A stretch of 64,000 nucleotides of DNA from a virus. Below the pieces are notes generated by a model. It had not been told where the DNA came from. It did no database searches and saw nothing but the letters and a program-made list of their open reading frames with translations. The stretch is from positions 10,467-74,466 of IMG/VR virus record IMGVR_UViG_3300021963_000094; one strand, given 5' to 3'. Within the stretch, counting starts at the first letter, position 1; each line of letters begins with the position of its first letter. Shown piece after piece: positions 40,157-49,993 of this stretch. Made by a program: the position numbers and the translations under genes.

Positions 40157-40899
40157 TGAAAAAAGTAGAAAAACATATTGAGGTTGTAAAGGAGTTTAAA
40201 AACAACAATAAGAAATTACTTATAGTTGCAGGACTTTTTATATTGGCATTCTTATTATACGGTACATTTAACAATGAATACCATGCTAAGGAAATAAAAG
40301 CTCTAGAAACCGAAATAGGCGTTGTACAGAAAAAATTTGATGCAGCAGTAGAAGAGAAAGAAAAATTCAGGGATTCTTCCTTGGTATATGAAAACCTAGC
40401 TGAGCAAGCAGGAGCAGAAGCTGATGCGTTTAGAGCAAAGGCAGAAAAAGAAAAAAGAGCAAAAGAAGCAGCGTTAGCATCTTTACAGAATTTACCAAAA
40501 GATGTGATTGACACATTTTTTGTTAAAAGATATGCAGAAGTTGTTAAAGCAGACATTGGTTTAGAGCTTGATAAAAACGTGGGAAATGCCATAGTTATAG
40601 AATTAGTTGAAAAAGATCATTTAGTAGGTCAATTGAAGACCTCGGAGAATCTAGCTAACACACTAACCACACAGGTTGGAACCTTACAAACATCTTTGGC
40701 TTTTTCAAAATCCGCATTGGTAAGCGCAGATTCTGCAATTGCAGCTAGATCCAAACAGTTTGAACTACAACAGCAAGTGAGCAATTTATTAAAAGAAGAC
40801 CTAAAAGTTGCCAAGAAAAAGGCATTCTGGAATAAGATCAAGGGAACTGCCTTTGGTGTGGGAGTAGGCCTAGTTGTTGGTATCATCGCAGTAAAATAA
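40156..40899 (+). CDS. Membrane-anchored coiled-coil protein (possible spanin-like lysis protein)
   Basis: N-terminal TM helix (LLIVAGLFILAFLLY), long coiled coil and C-terminal hydrophobic tail (GTAFGVGVGLVVGIIAVK). Confidence 0.55.
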   Translation: MKKVEKHIEVVKEFKNNNKKLLIVAGLFILAFLLYGTFNNEYHAKEIKALETEIGVVQKKFDAAVEEKEKFRDSSLVYENLAEQAGAEADAFRAKAEKEKRAKEAALASLQNLPKDVIDTFFVKRYAEVVKADIGLELDKNVGNAIVIELVEKDHLVGQLKTSENLANTLTTQVGTLQTSLAFSKSALVSADSAIAARSKQFELQQQVSNLLKEDLKVAKKKAFWNKIKGTAFGVGVGLVVGIIAVK

Positions 40900-40981
40900 T
40901 TGCTAAATAATGATTGTACGAGGAAAGATGAAGAAAACTGTGTGTGGATGGAGTACAATATTATTGCATGCTAATAAACTT

Positions 40982-40990
40982 GATATATAA
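40982..40990 (+). promoter_or_regulatory. Putative late promoter motif (GATATATAA)
   Basis: Recurrent motif, 5 nt upstream of the ATG at 40996. Confidence 0.65.
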
Positions 40991-40995
40991 GGGAT

Positions 40996-43449
40996 ATGTC
41001 AAGCTTCACTTATACCAGTAAATTTTTTAGTCTGGCTCCGTATTTACTTATGGAGTACAGATATGGTACACAGCCTAATCCAGAGAATCATCCGGTACTA
41101 TACGGACTAGATGCAATAGGGTTCGAAAAGATCTCTAATGGATATTTTAATGGTGCTGTTCAAATAACAAACAGAAATCAAGACACACAGGCAACTGGTA
41201 ACGTAAGAGACAGAAGCTCGGTTCAGATCTCGCAGAACACCTTTGTTAGACTTGATATAGACCGTTTGCAGGAATACCTTGATTATGACGATAAGCTAAC
41301 TGATGTTAGCAACGTCCCTGTTGAATTTGAAAACAACATTAATGTTTATTATGACACGGTAAGGTATCACTTTATAAGTGGATACAATTTTGGAACAAAG
41401 GATGGTGCTATCATGCAAATCCAATTCCAAGAAAGAAATGGTAAAAAAGCCACTATCTCACAGGTAACATACGAGAAGGGTGATATTGATATCACAACAC
41501 CTAATCCAAATCCAATTTATTTTAATGCTGGGATATATGATCATTATATAGAGGTTAAGATACCTTCTTATGCTTCAATCACTTATGATTACGACACACA
41601 AGCAGTAAATGGATTAGCTGATCAAACGATTGCTTCTAAGATTAGTTCTGATGGCCAGGGGTTCATTAGAAATCAACCTTTCAATGTTTCTCTTTATGAA
41701 ATAGAAACAACGAATGAAATCAACGAGTTCTTCTATTATCAAACTGCTTTATTTACAATTGCAACAATCACTCCTTTCGATGAGTATGCAGATCTAGCAG
41801 CTAATATAGTGGAGAATGAAGACTTTGATTACTTTGAATACTATCCTTCTTGGCAAGGAAATTTCATCGAAGATTTTATCTATGCTGAAAGTTCTTTAGG
41901 TAACATATACTATATCATTCACGATATTGAATTAAAAGAGCAGATAGGACTTAGAAGAGTTTCCACACAGAAAATACAATTACTTCAAGACAAGGATTTT
42001 AACAGTCCTTACTTGTATCGTCCAGTTGTAATGAATCCGAAAGCAACTAGCTTTTCCATTAACTACTCAATGAGATTAGTTAATAAATTTAGCAACGTTT
42101 CTATTCTGAGAACATCAACTGTTACTAGTACAGAAGTTGACAAATATGGCCCAGGGGTAAAGAGAATAAATCTATTACATCAACCATATCCACAAAAGGT
42201 TTACAATAAAGTTGTTGAACCTGCTGTTTCTAAAGCATACACACTAAACGTGAATCCAATTGAAAGAGTTATCACCAAATACGTTCCTGCTTTCTTCGAA
42301 AGAGAAAACGTGAACATCTCGGAGGAAGATTTAACAATAGACAATCTTGGTGGATTAACACAATCTGCAACAGTCGATGCATCAATAGCATTTGGCCAGG
42401 GCAAATCTAAGATCGTGATCAATCCTTATGACAACTACTACAAGTTTAGAGTTTTTGTTAAAAATGATGGGAAAGAAAATACGTTATTAGATCTTGGATC
42501 AAATTCTGATTTTTATCTTGTATTCGAAGGTGGAGACAGTAAAACTGTAAGGGTATCTAGTTTAATTAACAGCACTTTCCAAAATCCTAGCAAAGGTGAA
42601 TTAGTATTTAGAGTTGTTGAATCTGATTCTAAAAAAATAGCAGCATTCACTGGAAGAGATTTTCATATAGTTGCAAAAACTAATAATGGAATAGAAACGT
42701 CAATTTATCACGGATATTGGATATTACCTAGTGAGAGAGATCAGAAGCCAGTTGCGGTAACACCCGCAACTCCTCCTCCTGTTCCAGCACCAGTAATAAT
42801 TGCACCAGTTCAGGCAACATCTGCACCTGCGCCAGCACCTGCACCTGCTCCTGCACCTACTGCATCTCCAACACCGGCACCACCACCGCCACCTGTTCCA
42901 TCACCGATTGAAGTTGCCACACCAGCACCTGCAGCACCAACTGTTGATATTATACCTCAACAGCCTAAAGAATACTTTGACGTGAAAACTGACCCTGTTA
43001 TTCTGAACGTTGAACCTGCTGTGATAAGAACACCAATCATTGAAGAACCAGTAATAGTGAAAAAAGTTCCGATCAGAGCTGATATTGATACTTTGGCCAA
43101 TCTAATTAAGATGGATGAAAATGCAGGAAAATTAGTTCCTGAAATTTGTGACTACTATACAGTTCCTGGAAATCCTGGAAATCTTCTTTATGAGGGTATA
43201 AATGTTAGATTCTTCTTAAACGCAGTTAGATTAGTTCATCCAGACATATTCGGAAGAAGAAGCGACGAGTTTGCAATGTATGCTAATTACCTAGGAGAAA
43301 TCTATGATCCTTATGAGAATCAAAGATATCCATCAGGCGGTGGAGGTGGAGCAGGTGGTGGATACATCGGAGGCGGCGGAGTAGGATATAACATCTACGA
43401 TAAAATACAAGACAAAAGCGAAACGATGGGTCAAACCTTCTTTCTATAA
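40996..43449 (+). CDS. Hypothetical virion structural protein with Pro/Ala-rich linker
   Basis: 817-aa ORF with a PA/PT-rich linker at ~42750-42945; precedes the gp3-like gene. Confidence 0.55.
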   Translation: MSSFTYTSKFFSLAPYLLMEYRYGTQPNPENHPVLYGLDAIGFEKISNGYFNGAVQITNRNQDTQATGNVRDRSSVQISQNTFVRLDIDRLQEYLDYDDKLTDVSNVPVEFENNINVYYDTVRYHFISGYNFGTKDGAIMQIQFQERNGKKATISQVTYEKGDIDITTPNPNPIYFNAGIYDHYIEVKIPSYASITYDYDTQAVNGLADQTIASKISSDGQGFIRNQPFNVSLYEIETTNEINEFFYYQTALFTIATITPFDEYADLAANIVENEDFDYFEYYPSWQGNFIEDFIYAESSLGNIYYIIHDIELKEQIGLRRVSTQKIQLLQDKDFNSPYLYRPVVMNPKATSFSINYSMRLVNKFSNVSILRTSTVTSTEVDKYGPGVKRINLLHQPYPQKVYNKVVEPAVSKAYTLNVNPIERVITKYVPAFFERENVNISEEDLTIDNLGGLTQSATVDASIAFGQGKSKIVINPYDNYYKFRVFVKNDGKENTLLDLGSNSDFYLVFEGGDSKTVRVSSLINSTFQNPSKGELVFRVVESDSKKIAAFTGRDFHIVAKTNNGIETSIYHGYWILPSERDQKPVAVTPATPPPVPAPVIIAPVQATSAPAPAPAPAPAPTASPTPAPPPPPVPSPIEVATPAPAAPTVDIIPQQPKEYFDVKTDPVILNVEPAVIRTPIIEEPVIVKKVPIRADIDTLANLIKMDENAGKLVPEICDYYTVPGNPGNLLYEGINVRFFLNAVRLVHPDIFGRRSDEFAMYANYLGEIYDPYENQRYPSGGGGGAGGGYIGGGGVGYNIYDKIQDKSETMGQTFFL

Positions 43450-43459
43450 TTCATAGGAT

Positions 43460-44011
43460 ATGTTATTAAATTCAAGGCAGAATGGTTTTATATTTAATTT
43501 TCCAAAGGGATTTTTCTCTAAGGAGTTGGAAGACAAGTATCATGCCTATGTGAGAAGAATGCCTATCCCTTATGACAATCTGAAGGATTTCATGAATTCC
43601 ACAATTCAGCAGGTTTCTTTTCCGACGTTCCAATCGATAGATCACGTTGAACAGACAAGACCTGGTGGATACAAACAGAATTACAAAAGTGCAACCAACA
43701 TCCAGAATTTAATTAGAAGGGATTTCACAGTGTCTTTTAAGCTTGGTGAGGGTTTAATTAACTATTGGATCATGTATGAAAGCATGGTTAATTTTTTGGA
43801 CTTCAACAACACAGAACAAGTTCTTCCTGACTTAACCCTTAGATTATTAGACCATGAAGGTGTTATGATGTCAAGCATTGAATTTCAGCAACCGATATAT
43901 ACATCATTATCAGAGACCCAATTAAACTATTCCAGCACGACTCCTCAGTTTTCCACTTTCAGTGTGGGTTTTAGATGTAACTACGTAAACATAAAATTAG
44001 AAATTGGCTAA
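43460..44011 (+). CDS. Tail completion/tube terminator protein, T4 gp3-like (tube fold)
   Basis: IQQVSFP...FTVSFKLGEGLINY...F..PIYTSLSE.QL......TFSVGF follows the gp3/gp19 pattern; 183 aa. Confidence 0.65.
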   Translation: MLLNSRQNGFIFNFPKGFFSKELEDKYHAYVRRMPIPYDNLKDFMNSTIQQVSFPTFQSIDHVEQTRPGGYKQNYKSATNIQNLIRRDFTVSFKLGEGLINYWIMYESMVNFLDFNNTEQVLPDLTLRLLDHEGVMMSSIEFQQPIYTSLSETQLNYSSTTPQFSTFSVGFRCNYVNIKLEIG

Positions 44012-44672
44012 ACGAATCCTAGGAGTGGATTTCAGTTTAAATTCTCCAGCTTGGTGCTTATTAGCAGAGGGTGAATCTAAATGGGGATCCTTTCATCGAA
44101 CAACAAAAAAGATAGAACCAATGATGGCCAAAGAGTCATCTCCGTTCAAGGTATTTTCTGAAATCCCAAATTTCTCGATTAAGGTTATAGAGAAAGAAAG
44201 AGCAGATGGTGAATACTGGGAAGTAGAGAGGAAAAAGATAGAAAATTTCCTCGTCATAGCTGATTCTTTCATCGAAATGATCAAACCCCACATTGACGAA
44301 GAGACCGTTGTTTTCATGGAGGGTATATCATTCGGAAGCTCTGGAAATTCCCTGATCGATATTTCTATGTGTACTGCTCTTATCAGAGAAAGACTAGTTG
44401 ATATAGTGGGATTCGGGAGATTAAACATTTATTCCCCGACTGCTATTAAAAAATTTGCACACAAGGGAAATGCAAAAAAAGATGAACTTTATCAAGCACT
44501 TTTAGATAAATACAGTGAGGATAACCTTCTAAGTCCTCTTATCAGACCGCTGAAACAAAACCAGGATCTATGGATAAAGAAAAGTAAGGAAGTTGAAACC
44601 CCTTGCTCCGATATTATAGATGCTACTTGGATTAGCCTTTATGGTAAACAAATTTTAGGGGAAACTTTTTGA
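44004..44672 (+). CDS. RuvC-like (RNase H fold) Holliday junction resolvase/nuclease
   Basis: TTG start. Motifs ILGVDFSLNSPA, MEGISFGS, PTAIKKFA..GNAKKDE and DIIDA. Confidence 0.8.
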   Translation: MAKRILGVDFSLNSPAWCLLAEGESKWGSFHRTTKKIEPMMAKESSPFKVFSEIPNFSIKVIEKERADGEYWEVERKKIENFLVIADSFIEMIKPHIDEETVVFMEGISFGSSGNSLIDISMCTALIRERLVDIVGFGRLNIYSPTAIKKFAHKGNAKKDELYQALLDKYSEDNLLSPLIRPLKQNQDLWIKKSKEVETPCSDIIDATWISLYGKQILGETF

Positions 44673-44688
44673 ACAACTTAGGTATAAC
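44661..44688 (+). promoter_or_regulatory. Putative GAAAC-N17-TATAAC promoter upstream of the SSB gene
   Basis: Bipartite motif with a 17-nt spacer, repeated at three other sites. Confidence 0.55.
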
Positions 44689-44729
44689 TTAGGAATCAAT
44701 TTTAGTTAATTTAAAAAATTTAGAAAAAC

Positions 44730-45713
44730 ATGGACAATTTAGACATTTTCAGTTTGGACAACGAGGACTTCTTAAAGCCCGAACCAGCAACCACAGGAAG
44801 CGGAGACGCTAACATTTACAAGCCTTATCCAGAATTAGGCAAAGACGGTGTTTACAAAGCACTTATCAGATTTCTACCTAACGTAGCAAATCCAAAAAAA
44901 TCAAAAATCCATAAGTATTACGTTTGGTTGAAAGACCCAGTAGACAACAGCAACTTCGTTGCAGATTGTCCATCAACTGTTGGTAAGAAATCAATCTTGA
45001 AAGATATCTTCTGGAAATTAAAAAACTCCCCATCTGCAAAAGATCAAGAGTTAGCAAAATCATTTGCTAGAAAAGAAGACTACTATTCTTTAGTACAAAT
45101 AGTAAAAGATCCTAACCACCCTGAATTAGAAGGTAAGGTTATGGTATTTAAATTTGGTAAAAAAGTTGCAGATCTAATCGAGCAACAAATTAAACCAGAA
45201 TATGGTAATCCATGCAACCCTTATGATTTATTTGAAGGTAAAAACTTCGGTATTCATGTAAGAAAAGTTGGAGACTGGAACAACTACGATCTTTGCCAAT
45301 TCGTTGGTGAGAAAGGACCAATCTCAATCGATGGTACACCAGTAGAAAAATCAGAAGACGATCAAAAAAGAATTGTTGAGTATTTAAAGAAAGGTCCACA
45401 AGACTTAGTAGAGAAATACGACTACAAAGAATGGACTGATGAAGACCGTGAAAAAATCACATCTATCATTAGAAACATCGTACCAGACGGAAGAATGGTA
45501 GCAGAAATTCTTTCAGGATCCCCAGATTCTAGACCTTCTACTAGCATCAACAATCCACTTAAAAACGAAGCTAAGAAAAGTCCAGCACCAGCTGATGATT
45601 TCTTCGGCGATTCATCATCTCCTGACGAGATCGAAGAACCAGCACCGAAGGCAGCTCCTAAAAAGGCAGCATCATCTTCAGGAAGTTTAGACGATTTGTA
45701 TAACGATCTCTAA
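44730..45713 (+). CDS. Single-stranded DNA-binding protein, T4 gp32-like
   Basis: ALIRFLP, VKDPNHPELEGKVMVFKFGKK, NPYDLFEGKNF, NYD and an acidic tail (SLDDLYNDL). Confidence 0.9.
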   Translation: MDNLDIFSLDNEDFLKPEPATTGSGDANIYKPYPELGKDGVYKALIRFLPNVANPKKSKIHKYYVWLKDPVDNSNFVADCPSTVGKKSILKDIFWKLKNSPSAKDQELAKSFARKEDYYSLVQIVKDPNHPELEGKVMVFKFGKKVADLIEQQIKPEYGNPCNPYDLFEGKNFGIHVRKVGDWNNYDLCQFVGEKGPISIDGTPVEKSEDDQKRIVEYLKKGPQDLVEKYDYKEWTDEDREKITSIIRNIVPDGRMVAEILSGSPDSRPSTSINNPLKNEAKKSPAPADDFFGDSSSPDEIEEPAPKAAPKKAASSSGSLDDLYNDL

Positions 45714-45733
45714 GATAATAAAGATGAGATTTT

Positions 45734-46786
45734 ATGCAAAAGTTAGGACTAGAAGAGGTAAAGAACCTTGTAAATAAGGTTCTACAAAAATCCTTTCCGG
45801 GTAATTCTGGAAAGCAACAGATCTATACCTCTCAGAACAGATTAAATTTTTCTTGTCCTTATTGCGGAGATTCAAATGATCCTAGAAAAAAGAGAGGCAA
45901 TCTATATCTAGATAGCCTCTCTTTTAAGTGTTACAACGGCGGTTGTGGACAGTTCAGGGATTTAATTGGGTTGCTGTTTGATCATGACTTAAATCGTGAA
46001 TTAAGTATAGAACAATTAGAGGAAGCTAAGAACACTATTTCTTTGAAGAAGACCTCTAGAAGAATCAGTGCAAATGTTGATGTTTTCATTCTTGAAAATT
46101 ACAAAGACGTTTTAGTTTCCCGTGATGACTACAAGACAAAACTTAAATTGATAGAGGTTCCAAGACCGATTAAAGAGTATCTTTCTTCGAGGAATCAAAC
46201 TGTGGATGAAAAGTACCTGTATTGCCCGTTTAAGAAGTCAATACACATTCTAAATCTCACCTCTGATGGTAAGTATATACTGGGTTTACAGCTTAGAAAT
46301 ATGAACAAAAACGCTGTTAACAAGTACTTTACTTATAAGCTTAGTGGGATCCATAAAAATCTATTAAGAAACTTCAATCCTGATATCATTGCTAAAGCGG
46401 AAGAACTAGATCCGATTTCTTTGGTGTTTGGATTTTCAACAGTTAACCTAGATGAAACAGTTACAATTTTTGAAGGTCCTCTTGATTCTTTCCTCTTTCC
46501 TAATGCTGTTGCACTTTGTTCAATCAACAATCCGTTTCCGTTTGACATTCCAAACAAAAGATGGTTTTACGACGGAGATGATGCTGGACGTGATGCCCTT
46601 AGAAAAAAATTAGCTGTGGGTGACACTGTTTTTCTTTGGGATAAATTTATAAAGGAGAACGATTTACCGGAAAGAGATAAATGGGATCTAAATGATTTAG
46701 TAAACTATCTAAGAGAATCTGGAAAGAAGATCAAAAGATTAGAAAAATATTTTAGCAACGAACAATGGGATTTAATTGGGATTTAA
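45734..46786 (+). CDS. DNA primase, T4 gp61-like
   Basis: Zn finger CPYCGDS...FKCYNGGC; TOPRIM motifs FEGPLDS, DGDDAG and KWDLND. Confidence 0.85.
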   Translation: MQKLGLEEVKNLVNKVLQKSFPGNSGKQQIYTSQNRLNFSCPYCGDSNDPRKKRGNLYLDSLSFKCYNGGCGQFRDLIGLLFDHDLNRELSIEQLEEAKNTISLKKTSRRISANVDVFILENYKDVLVSRDDYKTKLKLIEVPRPIKEYLSSRNQTVDEKYLYCPFKKSIHILNLTSDGKYILGLQLRNMNKNAVNKYFTYKLSGIHKNLLRNFNPDIIAKAEELDPISLVFGFSTVNLDETVTIFEGPLDSFLFPNAVALCSINNPFPFDIPNKRWFYDGDDAGRDALRKKLAVGDTVFLWDKFIKENDLPERDKWDLNDLVNYLRESGKKIKRLEKYFSNEQWDLIGI

Positions 46787-46992
46787 CAAAAGAAGAGCTA
46801 GCTGAAATAGAGCGTAAAAAATCTCTATTGAAAGCCCCTATAGTATATAGAGTAGATGATTCACTTGAGATCCCGGATCTGAGTGAAAACTTTACCCCTA
46901 AGGAGGAAAAAGCAGCTAAGAAAATTAAAACCGAAATAGTAGATATCAAAATTAAGAAGACAAAGAATAAAAGCAATAAGTTGTATGAGTGA
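46765..46992 (+). CDS. Small hypothetical protein
   Basis: 75-aa ORF bridging the primase and UvsY-like genes, with short overlaps on both sides. Confidence 0.5.
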   Translation: MGFNWDLTKEELAEIERKKSLLKAPIVYRVDDSLEIPDLSENFTPKEEKAAKKIKTEIVDIKIKKTKNKSNKLYE

Positions 46993-47425
46993 TGAACTAA
47001 GCAATCTGGAAGAACAATTTACAAACGAGAGAACTGAATGGACTGAGAGAATCCGAGAACTTTCTGTTCGAATGAGAAACATCAGAGAAATGGCGGAAGT
47101 TCAGGTCGAACTATATTCTGATAGACAAAGATTACTTGAATATGCTTATAAATTAGGTCAGATTCTAACCAGGCTGAATGCAAGGTTTAGAGCAGACCGT
47201 AGAAATAAAATGGTTTATTATTCAGAAGAACATAACACCAGATACGGAGCAAACGAAAAAACTGCTTTAATAGAGGGTGATTTGACAGAGCTAAAGAGAA
47301 AAATAGATGTTGTTGATAATCACTCTAGCTTTATGAATGAGACCGTTAAAACCGTTGATCATTTTCTTTATGGGGTGAAGAGTAGAATCGCCCTTGAGGA
47401 ATTTATGAGAGGCGGAACAAAATAA
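46985..47425 (+). CDS. uvsY: Recombination mediator, UvsY-like
   Basis: 146-aa helical protein (LIEGDL...ETVKTVD...YGVKSRIALEEF) directly upstream of UvsW. Confidence 0.65.
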   Translation: MSDELSNLEEQFTNERTEWTERIRELSVRMRNIREMAEVQVELYSDRQRLLEYAYKLGQILTRLNARFRADRRNKMVYYSEEHNTRYGANEKTALIEGDLTELKRKIDVVDNHSSFMNETVKTVDHFLYGVKSRIALEEFMRGGTK

Positions 47426-47436
47426 GAAAAATTTGA

Positions 47437-48978
47437 ATGCTAAAATTTATAGTATCTGAAGACCTTCAATGGTTACTTTTACAAGACTACGATGAAGAGG
47501 TTGACAGAAAGCAACTTGAAATATCTTTAACAAGAAAAATACACAATTATTTTTTTCATCCACTCGTGAAGAAAAAACATTGGGATGGAGCAATTTGCTT
47601 TGTTGACAAGCGTGGTCCATTGTGGAGAATCCCTAGTGGTCTTTGGAGTGAGGTTTTTGAAATCGGTGAAAAATATAAAATAGAGGTTGAGATAATAGGC
47701 CTTGATAAAATAGTAGATGGTAATTTAACCCTTGAAGAATTCACTGAATGGGCTAATGAATTTTTTGCAGATAAAGAATTAAAGCCTAGAGACTATCAGA
47801 TAGAAGCTGCATGGAGAATTGTTAAATTTAGATTTTCCTGTTTGGAAATTGCAACATCATCGGGTAAGACCCTAATTGCATTTATTGTTCTTGCGTACTT
47901 AAAAAATGTAAGGGGAATCAATAAATTTCTGATGATAGTTCCTAATACCACATTGATCTTGCAGGGATCTGAAGATTTCGAAGGATATGGATTGAAGGAA
48001 TTAGATAACTGTGACATTCAATTGATCCATGGAGGAAATAAGAATAAAATCTCGGGAGGATTAATGATTGGTACGTATCAATCTCTTGTTAAGCAAGAAG
48101 ATGATTTCTTTGATGGTGTTGAAGCTATCTTTGTTGATGAATCACATCAATCCCATTCCAAGTCAATTAAAGAGGTTATATCTAAGTGTAAGGATTCGAG
48201 ATATAGATTCGGTCTTTCAGGAACATTGACAAACAGAAACACCGCAGAACATTTAACTATCCAGCAGTACCTAGGTCCATTAACCATGGAGATTAGTCCT
48301 AAGTTTTTGTTTGATAACAAGTACGCCACACCTGTCGCTATTAAAATAGTTAAGATGGATTGGCTGGACGAAAACCTCAAACAAAAACTTTACGAACTGA
48401 GGACCAATAAAAATAACAAGGACACCGAAAAGTTGGAAGGGAGTGAAATATTCGGGGTGGAAAGAAAGCTTGTTATATCTTCAGACAAAAGATTAAAATA
48501 TATCGTAGATTTTATTGCTAAGACAAGTAAAAATTCACTTGTGCTTTTCCAGTCTGTTGGTGAGGGATACGGTAAAAGAATATACGAGAATCTAAGGGAG
48601 ATCCAAGCAGACAAGGAAGTTTTTTATATAGACGGTGACACTGATCCCGAGAGAAGAGACTATTACAAGACCAAACTTGAAGAAGGAGCTAACAAAGTTA
48701 TGGTAGCAAGCTTTGGTACACTTAGTACCGGGGTTTCTGTGAAGAATATTCACAATATATTTTTGGTCGAATCATATAAATCTGAGGTTTTGATCAAACA
48801 AAGCTTAGGAAGGGGTATGAGACTTTACGAGGGCAAGGAAAGGGTAAATATCATCGATTTTGTGGACGATTTCTCCTATGAGGGGTCTATGAATTATCTA
48901 ATGAAGCATTCTCTGGAAAGGATAGAAATATACAAAAGGGAGAAGTTTGAATATAAGACCTACGATATTACTCTTTAG
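47437..48978 (+). CDS. uvsW: SF2 DNA helicase, UvsW-like
   Basis: WDG.I, PRDYQ, ATSSGKT, DESH, GLSGT, STGVSVKNIHNI, QSLGRGMR and IIDFVDD. Confidence 0.92.
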   Translation: MLKFIVSEDLQWLLLQDYDEEVDRKQLEISLTRKIHNYFFHPLVKKKHWDGAICFVDKRGPLWRIPSGLWSEVFEIGEKYKIEVEIIGLDKIVDGNLTLEEFTEWANEFFADKELKPRDYQIEAAWRIVKFRFSCLEIATSSGKTLIAFIVLAYLKNVRGINKFLMIVPNTTLILQGSEDFEGYGLKELDNCDIQLIHGGNKNKISGGLMIGTYQSLVKQEDDFFDGVEAIFVDESHQSHSKSIKEVISKCKDSRYRFGLSGTLTNRNTAEHLTIQQYLGPLTMEISPKFLFDNKYATPVAIKIVKMDWLDENLKQKLYELRTNKNNKDTEKLEGSEIFGVERKLVISSDKRLKYIVDFIAKTSKNSLVLFQSVGEGYGKRIYENLREIQADKEVFYIDGDTDPERRDYYKTKLEEGANKVMVASFGTLSTGVSVKNIHNIFLVESYKSEVLIKQSLGRGMRLYEGKERVNIIDFVDDFSYEGSMNYLMKHSLERIEIYKREKFEYKTYDITL

Positions 48979-48986
48979 TATCTTTG

Positions 48987-48995
48987 GATATATAA
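48987..48995 (+). promoter_or_regulatory. Putative late promoter motif (GATATATAA)
   Basis: Recurrent motif upstream of 49007. Confidence 0.65.
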
Positions 48996-49006
48996 AATAA
49001 AAAAAG

Positions 49007-49699
49007 ATGAGACATCTCCAATCATTCGAATTACTAGAGAGCAGTAATAAATATGTTAAGTCGTATACCCCTGAAAAATACAAAAAAATCACGGGTAGTG
49101 ATTCTGCCCCTGGATTTACTGGGTGGATTTATAATATTTTCATGTCTCTGAAGAGTAATTTTGAGAATATGGATAATTTCTTTATGAGTAATATCTACAT
49201 GAAAGATATCCACGGAAAACCAATCGATACCGGAATGGGATGGCTAATTGGACAGGCTGGGTCACTTGCCACGTCTGTTGCAGCCAAAATTTTCGAGCCT
49301 AGTGAATTTATTAGCACAGATTGGAAATCTTCTGACGGATCTACTATAACCCCTCCAACATCAGATAAAGATGTGAAACCGGAGCATCTTAGATTGTTCA
49401 ACGATAATTTCGCAAAAAAAGATCTTCCTAATATCAAGAACGACGGGGATATGAAAAACTGGATTACAGACTTCTATAAAAAATCAGGCACCCCTCCAGG
49501 AAAGATAAGATGGGTAGATGATGCAGCATCAACTGCTAGCAACACATACTACAATAGATCAATGGGATATGGCGGAACGGAGGTAGAATCTGGATCGGGA
49601 GGAGTAGGAACCGCAATGAATATAGCAAGCGCAGCATCATCTTTACTTCCGATTGGGAAGGCAGGTAAGATAGCAGCTACTGTATTAAAAAAATCATAA
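49007..49699 (+). CDS. Hypothetical protein with CTS-like N-terminus (candidate internal head protein)
   Basis: Starts MRHLQSFELLES; preceded by the late motif. Confidence 0.6.
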   Translation: MRHLQSFELLESSNKYVKSYTPEKYKKITGSDSAPGFTGWIYNIFMSLKSNFENMDNFFMSNIYMKDIHGKPIDTGMGWLIGQAGSLATSVAAKIFEPSEFISTDWKSSDGSTITPPTSDKDVKPEHLRLFNDNFAKKDLPNIKNDGDMKNWITDFYKKSGTPPGKIRWVDDAASTASNTYYNRSMGYGGTEVESGSGGVGTAMNIASAASSLLPIGKAGKIAATVLKKS

Positions 49700-49712
49700 T
49701 ATAAAAAAATAA

Positions 49713-49976
49713 ATGAAAAAAGTATCACAAATTCAGGAAAGCTTAAAGGTACAAAAAGCTACTGCAATCTCTAAATTGGAAGAGACGAATAAGTATCTGA
49801 CTTTTGCTAAAGCGTACTATAAGAAGCATGGCGTTTCTGGTCCTTTCGATGAGAAATTCAAAGGCAATAAAAAAGCACAAGAAAAATTCATGGAAGAATT
49901 AGGAAAGGCCTGGTCTGATTACAAGAAAGAAAAAGGAATCGAAACTAAGTCTAGCAAACCTTGGGGTAAGAAGTAG
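49713..49976 (+). CDS. Small basic hypothetical protein
   Basis: 87-aa Lys-rich ORF starting MKKVSQIQES. Confidence 0.65.
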   Translation: MKKVSQIQESLKVQKATAISKLEETNKYLTFAKAYYKKHGVSGPFDEKFKGNKKAQEKFMEELGKAWSDYKKEKGIETKSSKPWGKK

Positions 49977-49993
49977 GAATAAAATCCAAAAAC

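Noticed and set aside
1-44011. Bacterial contractile injection system (eCIS/T6SS) or eukaryotic giant virus origin
   Set aside because: The neck gene, gp32, primase, UvsY/UvsW, PolB and dUTPase in T4-like form, with bacterial-type terminators and operons, indicate a tailed jumbo phage.
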